A stretch of DNA of 57,490 bases, counting the filler, from Sphacelaria rigidula (lineage: Eukaryota): the NCBI GenBank assembly GCA_964200075.2. It is 8 parts of 8 records of this genome, joined end to end, with 100 filler letters (N's around TTAATTAATTAA, not from the genome) between each part and the next. Parts side by side here need not be neighbours in the genome. Positions count along the whole stretch, not along the records: positions 21,599 to 28,697 come from CAXNAA020016490.1; positions 28,798 to 35,896 come from CAXNAA020016491.1; 6 more parts are not named here. One strand, 5' to 3'. Positions 23,048 through 34,310 of the stretch are shown one piece after another; positions within the stretch are counted from its first letter, which is position 1; each line of letters begins with the position of its first letter. Under the pieces are notes generated by a model. The model was not told the origin of the DNA and ran no database searches. It saw nothing but the letters and a program-made list of their open reading frames with translations. The position numbers and the translations under genes are program-made.

Positions 23048-25538
23048 TCACACCGAGAAGTAAAACTAAAGCGAAGTATTTATGAAAATATCCAGTTATT
23101 CAGTCGGTTGTAGATACTTGGGCAAGTAAGATTACCTCTGACCTCGGAAAACGAAGCGGGGGAATTCACCCGACTTTGAAAACAGTACACTTCACAAACC
23201 CCTTCAGCTTCACGTCACCCTGCGATGTTTTTCATTTCTGAAGGCTTGATGAGATAGTTCAATGTTTTCCCATCACCGTTCACCTTCGACGAGGGCGAGA
23301 TTCGACCTTCGACCCAAGCTGTCAGCGCCTCAAAGTGTGCGCGTAACAGGCAACACGCGGAGTTCTGATGGTGGCTCTGACCCTTTGATTTTGAAAAACG
23401 TAAATTTGATTCATTACACGCATGTGTGATGAAGCTTAGAGGCGTCGCAAGCTATACGCTGTGCGGGTCTGCTCGTAGACCCTGGATTCCGTGATGCATT
23501 GTTACTGCGTTTGCCACTGTCATAAGTTAGAGTTGTTCAGCCCCGGCCGCAGGCCGCGGCGCCCCATCTCAGTCAGTTACCGGCTTGCCTTGGTCTCTAC
23601 CCTGGGCCATTACTACGCTCTGCTCCTATGGCTGCGCCCCGGCTATGCTGAGTAAGCGAGGCTTGTAGATATAACATGATGCTAAGCAAACACGTGAGTT
23701 CCTTATCAAGAGTCTGAACATGAATGAATCTACTTTGTGATAGTCAGGAAGGAGCTAGGTCTGTATGAAGTTGCCCACGTGGGAGCTTGGTGGGTTGGCA
23801 CTTTGGTATCTCCTGGCACTCATACTGGGAGACCCCAGCCAGTGCATTAGCTACTCCCTCTTCATGACACATATTCGATGAACACCGGAGACACCAGAAC
23901 TAAAAAAAAGCGTCACTGTTAGAGATGCTAATTGGGGACAAAATATATAGGAATTTCTTGCAAAGAGTGTCATGGATGTTCCTCACGGGAAATCGCACAA
24001 GCCAATGAGATGGGAATGATCCGCCCAGTCGATCGACGAAGAAGCGAATGGGCCGCCCGGTCGGTTGGGAAAAGGAGCGTAGAAGGCCATCTACACCCAT
24101 GACACCCACACGTCCCTGCTGCATTGCATCGCCGGTACGGTCTGTTCATCATTTACATTCACGTCACAACTGTGACAATGCAACACAGATGACCCGCCCT
24201 GGAGGGGCCAGTCTATGTAGGTTGAGACAAAGTCGATCGAAAACGCACAGTAAAGTACAGGAGTGGAATGCTTGACATTACAGTACAGTGTTGTCTTTTT
24301 TCTCCTGTCGTTCGTTCCGTTTGTCTATGGGTATGATCAAGGATCAGACGACACGAAACTCTCCGACACCATCATCCCTTCCTGCCTTCAGTTGCAAAAA
24401 ACGTGCTTGGGCTGCGGTCGGGATTCATTTTTGAAGCAAATAGTTCTCCCATACAAACACAGCTGATCCATCATGCGATGGCTGCTGTCTGTGTAAATAG
24501 ACGAAGTCGAAGTGCACCGTACAACGCAGTACAATCAGTACAGTGCAGCGCAGTACAGTACAATGTTATCTTCTCTGTGAAGCCCGCCGCATTCCTCCCT
24601 CCTTCTGTGTGTATCGTGGAGTATCGGATTACTTCTTAGGGGGTCGTCACTGGAGAAGGGCTACTCTTTCTATAAATAACCGGCTCTAAAGTTGAACTCT
24701 CTGAACCGCGTTTAGGCCGTCTGGCTTTTGAACTCATTTTCCAAGTACTCTACACGGCACGTTCCAGAAACGTCAGTAAACTGTCTTCTAGACGGACGAT
24801 GCGACTCTTTACGCTCTAGAACTGTGCTTCCGAGAAAATATTTTTCAAATTTTCGAGAATGGTCATCGATCACACGGGTCGCAGAAGTGCATCATGGCAT
24901 CCATGAACACTGGGTTTCCGAAACCTTCGAACAACCTCGACATGCCGTAAGACAACCGGGCCGAGAAGCTCAATGGGAAATTTTATTATGTGTGCTTCAA
25001 CAATGGTATATTCGGAGAGCCTTCAATCGTCGTCATAGTGCGGAAAAAACGAATTTCCTTATCAGTCGTCCTTTCAAACGGAGGGCAGGCAGGCCCACGT
25101 GGCCGACTTGGTGCTGCATGCTCTTACAAATAACCCTGCGTTTTCATACGTTTTCTGTGTCACGTTGGTATCGGTGTCACGTCTCAGGCCACCGAGGGAG
25201 GCGCTCCGACAAATCATAGCCTTCGCGGGATGACCACCCCACAACTTTGCGTTGCATTCTCTAATAAATAGGGGCGCCACATGTTTGCGGCAGGCTGTGC
25301 ATCGCCTAACGTACTACAGAGTGAGGGGGGATGCGCTAGGAAGCAGAGTTTTCTTCAGGCTGGAGTTTTCTTTAGACCATATATGGCTGTGTACATGCAA
25401 CACATTCACGTTGAGGCGGTAACCCTATCAGTTTTCCTTACAGCGTAGGCGTCCGATCAGTGAGAGCGTAAGCAAGAACAAAAGCATAATGCAGCTTACC
25501 GCGCAGCGCTTTTTTCTCAGACCTTTCTTCGTTTTTTG

Positions 25539-25648
25539 CACGGGTGGCCACTGGGGTGCCTGCAACCTCAAATGTAGACGTTACAAACCTTGTGCAACGT
25601 CTGTAACGTCCCAATTTGAGGTTGCAGGCACCCCAGTGGCCGCCCGTG
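25539..25648. mobile_element. 110-bp MITE with 35-bp near-perfect TIRs
   Basis: CACGGGTGGCCACTGGGGTGCCTGCAACCTCAAAT / ATTTGAGGTTGCAGGCACCCCAGTGGCCGCCCGTG (one mismatch); flanks TG / TA. Confidence 0.8.
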
Positions 25649-28051
25649 TAGCTTCTATTTCTCGGAGTTCGATGAACTTTGAAATCGCAGTTTTTTCTTT
25701 TCTTTGTCTCTTTCTCAGTGAACTGAACAGCTGCCGCGGTTCGGTGAATTTTGGAGCTAAATTTTATTGCCTCTGTCCTGGCCGTCTGTTTTAGCGCCAC
25801 AGTGTTCCGTTTGAAAGGGAAACAAAAATGCGCGCCGAACGGGTCAAACCTTACGCCCTTGCCGGATCTTCCATCTTCTGCTCATCACGTATAACATAGT
25901 TTCATAACCGATACAGATATCCAATCTTTGGCTCAACCTCTTGGTAGTAGGCATTGCCTCTACCACCTCCCAATTTATATTACTTCCTTTCCACGCCTGT
26001 CGTGGAGGACGGGGCCGCCGATAGACGGCGCCGTCCGATCCTTGTACTATTATAATAGAAATTAGGCTGTTCCCCTGAAAAAGAGGCAGACTAACACCTT
26101 GACATAAAATGTCCTAGATCGCACAAAGAGCAGAGGCTTGACCGGGCTGAGCTTTTCAAGAGCTGGTCTCACAAAATGCAACAGTGTGCAATTCAGTCGA
26201 CCACACGGGGTTGGCGCGGTGAGGCTATTGTTTTCACAGGCGCTTATTTGGCCAATACTATTGGAAAAAATCAGTCTCTTCTTAAAGAAAGCTGAAACAG
26301 GACCGGTTAAAGGAGAGAGAGTCACGTGAGTCCAAGCTGTACATCCACTCCGTGAACGCAAACGACCTCTTCGTGACTAGAAAACTGTACACCCAACCCT
26401 TCCGTACTAAAGACTGTACGCACAATCTTCGTACTATAAAACTGTATGATTGACCTCTACATGTATCCTTTCGTGACTATAGACCTTCACGCCTAACCAA
26501 TCGTATCTTGACATCTTAACTTTGTAGATGTGCAGGTCGACTTTACTCCAGAGTAAACAAAAGATTCAAACGGTTACAGTGAATCGAAACTAGTTGTACC
26601 GCTATTTTCCATCTCGACGTCCGAAATAATCCAACACATACATCGTGGGTAGTGGGCTGGTGCCGGGCAGAAAACAGCACTGTGACTGTGCGTATGTACC
26701 ATGGTGGTCATGTTTTCCCGAGGCACACCGCGCATTCGGCTGTATGTTGGCAACGTCCGATGAGATGATGACTCATAATTAGGCAGCTACAGCGATCTAC
26801 ATGACAAAATACACAGTCGGGAAGACAGAGTATTTTGTCTATGGCACGAGTACAATATATACGAAGTATGTAAATATATCCCACGGCTTTGTTAATTATT
26901 ACCTGACAGTACTTGTACTGACAGGATTTCCGCAAGTCTCTTTAGTACCTGGTGCATACACGGATGTATCCATTCATGCATACATGCGTACGCACGCAGC
27001 ATCTTTTACCATTCGAGCGACAACTCAAACGTGGAGAGAGCCTGAAGACCATTTTCCCAGCGAAAATGATGCCGATCCAACAGATAGATCGACACCCCTG
27101 AGTGGTGAAAGTGTTAACGAGTCATATCTACAGTTTCAAACTGCGATCGATCAAGGGCCGTGCAAGATGCATAGGCCATACACACACGAACATATACACA
27201 TCCTTGTAGCTGGCTAGTACCCACAGGTTTATACGGAGAATGTTTTTGTGTATAGTCCTCATTATACATACACTTTTTTGCATGTACAGTATATCAAGCT
27301 CCCTCCTGCAGAACGTAGTTTCATCTACAATGCGCTCGTAGGAGCCTTTTGGCCGCTACGACTTAGTAAACTTGAAGGTGATCGTACCATCACTGCGTGT
27401 TCGCACCTCTTCGTGCGCGAAGGTCCCATGTTGAAGCTTCGATCTAGACACCGATATTCAATATGAATACCCTCTGTATCAACAGGCGACATGTACTCAT
27501 GCAGCTGGACAACACTTCCACCCGTGTATAGACCCGTAGTGAGTGTGTAGGGTTGTGTAACGGATCCATGGACTGTTGTTTCGTTTCATGAAACATATAT
27601 GCACACACACACATACACACACACGCACACTCACCCACGCACCCACGCACATGCTCACGGTAGGTTCACTCGGTGCATGCATCCACGATAGCGCAACCCG
27701 AAATATGCCCCTTGACTGTTAGCATCGTACACTGCGACGGGATGTTAGTAACTTTTCCCGCTCGCATGCAATGGTCAGATGCAAGTTGTCGGACGAAACA
27801 AGCGCATGCCACACAGGCATAGCTGAGGATGCAGACGACGACAAGACGCACAATTACACGTGAACACATACAACAACGGAGCTTCACTGAACGCGCTGGG
27901 CCTATCCCCTAGAGCCCCCCCCCCCCCCCCCCCTGCTTCCCGTTCCCTACATCAAACCAAACAGAAGAGAAATCGTTTTTTTCTATTCCTTATTTTGTTG
28001 ACAGGGATTCTGAATCTGAGATAAATATAAAAATCGCACTGTAGGGGTTAC

Positions 28052-28172
28052 CTTCCAAATTCACGACTTTGAGCCCCGCTTGATTTACATGTTTGTATGC
28101 AAATACATCATCATCTGGCGTACCCCCGTAACGAGCAAATAAGAACTCGCGCACTTCCTCCGTCCGGGCCAT
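28052..28172 (-). CDS. Possible first coding exon of an unidentified gene
   Basis: ATG-initiated MARTEEVREFLFARYGGTPDDDVFAYKHVNQAGLKVVNLE followed by a G|GTAACC donor; a small candidate exon lies at 26903-26948. No family recognised. Confidence 0.3.
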
Positions 28173-28597
28173 GGATGGGATCGACCTCTTTTTTTGCTTG
28201 CAGTCGATCGTAGTATAACACCAATGACGATTACCGTTTGTCATATGTCATATTCCACTAAAAGGATAATGCCGCGTATCATGCGTCGTGCTCCACCGGA
28301 AGGATGATGTCGCGCGTATCATGTGTAATATTTTATGAATACATGCACGAACATATATGCATGTATGGTCGGTAAATATGGATCATGCTACCATATAGTG
28401 TTTGGTCCCGGACTAGAAACCCCCCTTGCCGAGAAGGGGGGATGGGGAATGGGGTGTTGGCAAATTGTTGTTTCGCGCATCTTCTGCATCGTGAAGTCGA
28501 TCTCTTGCCCCGTCGATATCTCCCGCAGCCCCGCGCGGCCGCTTGCGCATAGACGGGCCATAGCACCCCTTTGCATTGTTTTCGGTCACATTCCAAT

Positions 28598-28697
<100 letters not shown>

Positions 28698-29000
28698 NNN
28701 NNNNNNNNNNNNNNNNNNNNNNNNNNNNNNNNNNNNNNNNNTTAATTAATTAANNNNNNNNNNNNNNNNNNNNNNNNNNNNNNNNNNNNNNNNNNNNCAA
28801 GCTGCCGATGACATGTCCATGCCTCATCGTGGGTCCCCCCCCCCCCCCCCCTGCTCCTACTCCTCGAAAAGGAACTGTGGTCGATGGTCAAATGACTGAG
28901 GCAAGCAACAAATGAGTACTGTACCCCCCCACCTCCCTCCCCGTACCCCGGTCCGCGTGCGATCACCGTTCCAACCTTCGTTGGTGCTCCGCCGCCACAG

Positions 29001-32000
29001 GATGTCCACCGCGCGGTTGTGTTTTTCAGAGGAAGATGGGAGGAACCTCCTACATCTCTGGTTGGCCACACGTCGTGCACATTAGCAGCAAGCTTCAGTC
29101 CCACCATCTACTATAAGCCCGCCAAAACATCACCGGCTGCCGCCTCCGTCACGAAAAAGAGTGCTACTGAGGCTGCAGCAACATCATCTGCTGCCGGTGC
29201 CACCGCCGGGGCGTCTTCCATTCCACCGGCGGCGAAGTCGAAACCTGCCGCCCACAAGGTGGTTGCAATCGCGGGGCAAGATAAGGTTATCACAGTGTGG
29301 TTGGCCGCTGCCAAGCGACCGGTCGCTATTCTGCGGGAGGTGTTCGACAAGCCTCCGTCGGATTTGTCCTGGGGGGCGGATGGGTATACGCTGGTGGCGT
29401 CGGGGCACGACGGCACAGTCGTGGTGCTCAGGTTTACGCCCGAAGAACTTGGACTGCCGCTCCCGGAGGTATGCTGGAGTGTGCGCTCCTGCCTATATTT
29501 TCGGCCTCACGACACGGTTGAGCGTATTGTTGTGTCAAGGCACAGGATGATGTCAGACGTGGAGCAATCATCGCAGCTCATCCCTGAGGCGTAAACTTTG
29601 CCCAGAAACGGCACGTTGCGCCATCTCATATTACGTCCCTCGTATCCACGACGGGATGGTGGCTACATGTTTCACATACCACTGCGGGTACTCAAGCCTC
29701 CCGTTGTGAAGACCTTTTCCTAGCCCTAGCCCTACGCCGTGCACCGGGCCATCATTGATCGCCATGTCTTGAAATCGAACTTCCTCAATCTGTATTTGCC
29801 TACGTCCCCCCACTCCTCAATGATCATATGACTACGACATGCAAGATCATGAGTACCCCCCCCCCGCCGTCGCCGCCTCTTCCCCCTTCCCCCTGCCCAT
29901 GCGCGCACTCATTTCGTGCTTATATCGCTTCAGGCCGAGCGAGCGGCTCACTTTGTGAAAATGTATGGGGCGGATGCCGGTGTACCAGGTAGCAGGGCCC
30001 TTGCCCTTGACGGCGCACCGTCCCTCATTGATAACCCCCGTCAATTGGCCCTAGAACGATCGCTGCAGAAGACGGCAAAGGCGTCTCCAGTTGTGGCGGG
30101 AACATCCATAGGACAAAATGGCGGCGGCGCCGGAGAAGTGAGGACGTTGGTCGCGAGGCCCCGGCTTAACCAGACGGAATCTCGCAGCAAGGGTGGAAAA
30201 CGGCGGATACAGCCTACGTTGATGAGCAGCAGCGGCGACGCGTCGGTGTCGCCGGCGTCGCCTCCGCCTCGATGGGAAGGCAGTGGTGGCGTCCCAGGTG
30301 CCGGTACGGTGTCAGATGGATTCGGCTCCTCGAACGGTAATAGTCACAAGCGGCCTCGCACGGGTAGTGGAAACAGTGAGCAGAACGAACATTGGCCTTC
30401 GTCGCGAAAACAGCAGCATTCGTCAGGCATCATCGGCGTGCGCCAACAAGCTCCCATCGTGGTACGGCTGCGGTCGGCTGGCTTGCCGTCGGCGAATTCC
30501 TCGTCGCCGCTGCCGCTCGTGTCGCCGCCGGAGCTCATGCCGCGCCGCGGAGCAACCGGCAGCCTCGTGAGGCAAATCAGCGGCGGCAGCGCGAAGGGCG
30601 CGTTCCGGTCCCCTTCACGGTTACGAGAAGCGACATCGCCTACGGGAGAGGATCATCGTAGTGGTACGGTGGAGACAGGTTTACGGTTGGGGTTGGAGGG
30701 AGGTCCGGACGGGTGGTCGGAGGGGGGTCGGGGGAGCGGCAGCGGCAGCGGGGATGGGTATGACAGTGGCTATAACAAGGTGGCCGTGCTGGAATGTTCG
30801 GCGTTGGAGACGGAGTTCCGCGGCTTGGCCGCGCGGCGGTACACGTTAGTGACGGTCACGCGGGGGGGGCGGGAAGCTTGGCGAGATTACGTGGCGGGAA
30901 CGGTTACATCATGCTGTGGAAACGCCAGGATTGCGGCAGTCGGAGCGGAGGATGGGTCCGTCTACGTGTACGACCGAAGCGGTGCGCGCTCGGCGCCGCC
31001 GCTGGTAATATCTCCTCCCGTCGCCTACCTAGAATGTAATGAATCACCACCGCCGCCATCGCGCGCGCGCGGCGCTGCCTCTGCTTTTCCCGGCGGCGAC
31101 CAGCTGATGGCAATATCCGGAGATGGTGATGTGTTCGTGTGGAATTTGCTCACAATGACACTCACAACCAAGAGCTCCCTCGCTCCTATCTTCCGATCCA
31201 TGTCGACCCCTTCCATCCCTCAGGGTGGTACCCGTCAAACCTCTGCATCGGCTCCCTCTCCCTCGCCACCAGGGAGTCCCACTTCTTCTCCTCGCTCGAC
31301 GGGCGCTGCGGCGACGGCCGCAGCCGGTGGCGGCGGTGGCGGGAGCGGCGCCACGGGAGTTAAGGGAGGGGTGTCGGTGGCAAGGGCCGGAGTGACTGCG
31401 GAGGGGATGCCACTGGTTATGCTGGCGTCTCCAGGGGCTTTTGGTGGCTCGCTGCAGGCGTTTGCGTTGCATGGGGGAATGGGAACGTGGGTACGCGTTG
31501 CGGACGGGAGGTGCGTGTGTGTGCGCGTTTCAGAACGTTTCCGGTCGAATGCGTGGGTAGCTTTTGCAACCTGTTCGTTGTGGGGACAATTTGTTGCTTT
31601 GTTTCTACTGTGAAGGGCTCTGGCGTGGTGAATATGCAAGCCGTACACTTGAAGTACATGCCTCGGCTACAGGAGTTTGCGTGGACGAACTCCGACGAAA
31701 ACTGGTGATAGTGGATGTGACGTTGCATCGTCCGCGTACCTTGTTACTTCTCATGACATGTTAAGGTTAGACTATTGCATCGGACTGCCTTGCTCCCTTG
31801 CGATCGGTGCATGGAGAATCTGAACCGCCATTAGAACGCCCACAATTCCTAGCTCGCTTACTGCAGAAAGACAAGAGATAGATACAGAGGGACGAATGAT
31901 GTACCTCCCCCGACTATATCAATTGAACCTGAAACAAAATACAGTACCATCATGTGCCTCACTGACCACATGCCCCCCGGGCCCCACCTACCTTGCTCGT

Positions 32001-34310
32001 GTGGAATAGGTTCGCACTGTCCGACTTCTACTCTTCCGGCCCGTGCACCGCTTTACCGAAGGCCGGAACCTTGTCAGCCCTACAGGCCGGGGTGCGCACA
32101 GGTTCTATGCCGACCCCCTCCGCCCTACTGCAAGCGTCTAAGCTAGGCGTCGGCAGTACCACCGGGAGCTCGGCGGCAGCAGTAGCGGCGGCAGCGGCGG
32201 CGGGTCGGAGAGAAAGCTTGCGTTTGGGTGTGACGCGTTCACACTTGGAGGATTCGCTAGCAACTGCGGCGCTTCTCGGCAGTCCTGACGAGTTTGCTGA
32301 CGTGTTGAAGAGCTACGCGGGGCACCTGGCGAAGAATGCGAGCTTGAGCGACGAAAGGTATCCGCGCTGAATCATGGTAACGATATACGAAGTACGTGCT
32401 GGCGGAGGACTTGTCGGTTCATATTTTTCTAGAGGTAGGCCCCGAAGAGGTCGCAGCGCGGTCAGGATTGTGTGGCCGTCTGGTAGAGAGGCGGGGAGAG
32501 TTACCAGATACGGTACATGTATCTGTCCACTTTCGTCCCATGCTGGCCGTTGTGCAATGGTCAGAGTTTGGTGCTGTTCGTTTCGCGATGTGGATGCGCG
32601 GGTGGTCTTCGTACACTGCGCAGTTTTTTTATTGCATCAACCCGCCAGCCGGTAGGAGGAAATCCATGGTGCCGGTATGACCGTTGCTCGGCTAACTATT
32701 CCCTGTGCGTGGACTAACCCTGTCGCTATTCAGTGTTGAGCTCGGTAGCAGGTATGTTGGCGGGGGGGGGGGGAGATATCCCGCATAAGCTGGTCTGGAT
32801 TTATTCTTGAACAATGTATCAAATGCCAATTTGACGCGCCGGAATATAGTACGGTGGGAGGCCATGGGGCATTGTGCATTTCGCATATATCCGCTGGATC
32901 TTACACTCTATCCTAACACGGCACTGATTTGCCACCTCGTCCAGGATACGAGCATTGTGCGACAAGCTCCTGCTTTCGGTGAGCGGGAGCACGATGGCCG
33001 GGGGCGGTAGGGGGGTGGGGGCCAGGGGACAGGGAGAGGACCGGCACGAAGGAAGCGAGATGCTGGGGCTGCGCCTCGGAGATGGGTCGTCAATCCTGGG
33101 TTTGGACAAGATTCATCTTTTGAAAGAGGTAGTGTGAGCCCCGCGTGGATTTGTCAGAAGCACAGGTCGCATGTGTGCCGTGTAATTCAGTCCCCAGTAG
33201 ATGCGTGGCGTGTCGATACGGTCGGAAGGAGTCGTGAAGAGAAGAGTGCTTAGCGCAAGCGTCACGCCGCGATCGGTAAGTAACTAGCTTGCAAAGTTAT
33301 GCCGATGGTATCCTTGTATGTCGCACTCACGTGTGAACACGTTCCCGACTGTGGCAAGGGAAGAGCCGACGAAACCGCAAAAAAAAGTCTCTTTTTCGAC
33401 AAACGAGAACTTTGAACCTATTTGTTGCTGCCGCTGTGCCCCTTGCATCCCCTTCCGATGCACCAATCCCGGCATCAACAATGAAAATACACAACAAAAA
33501 CAGGTTGTTTTGCCAGCCCTCAGTGGAAACCGCGGCCTCCAACGTCTCGTCAGCGAATACTACGACAGCGTAGAGCTCTCCTCCGCGAGGCAGGCCCCCT
33601 TGGTACAGCGGACATCACCACCACAGCAAGCGGCGACATCACCACAAGGCGATCCCAGCACTTCGGCATTACCAAACTCTGCTACCGCAATGTCGTCTCC
33701 CGTAAGCTCTGTCCCCCCAGGACCTTTGCCGGGCGGCAACAGAGGTATTGGTTCTTCGAGGACGGCGAATGCAGGGAATGAAAAATCAGTACCTCCGGGG
33801 GGTAGTGGCGGCGCAAGACGCGGCGAGGTGGTTGATGATGCTGGTGCAACGTCCAACAGAACGCGTCCCATAGAGAAGCCCGGTTTGTTGTCGGAGCAGC
33901 AGCAGCAGGGTGCGCGGGATGGCCATGCTGACGGCGGCAGAGGGGGGCGAGAAATACCCAGCATGTCCGGGGGAAACGATACACACGCTGATGCGAGTAA
34001 GACTGCTACTACTCCCTTGCCGCAGCCAAGCGATAACGGGGTGCGTGGAGATTTCCCCGGGGAGGGTAGTCGCGGGTCTGCTGTGGCCAACGGTGTCGCA
34101 CCGGTGCCGACGGGGGGAATGTCGGAACTGCTGCCGGGGCCACGGGAAGAGGTCGCAAGGGAAGGTGGGGTTAGTGGGTCGATAGAACGGGGGAAAAGTG
34201 TGAAGGCTGCGGATCCTGGTCCAAACGCTAACGGCAAGGGGAAAGGGAAGGCGAAGGCGGGGGGGGAGGGCGCCGAGCGGATGGAAGAGGAGGCGACTGC
34301 GGCGCCATAA
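29001..34310 (+). CDS. HIRA: HIRA/Hir1 histone H3.3 chaperone, last five exons: 29001-29468, 29934-31510, 32010-32357, 32945-33128, 33504-34310 (~1127 aa partial)
   Basis: Last WD40 repeats (SLVGH...AIAGQDKVITVW..KRPVAILREVFDKPPSDLSWGADGYTLVASGHDGTV...FTPEELG), Asf1-binding B motif (NQTESRSKGGKRRIQP) and C-terminal Hira domain (AVGAEDGSVYVYDRSGARSAPPL...TRSHLEDSLATA...RIRALCDKLL). All splice phases are compatible. Confidence 0.93.
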
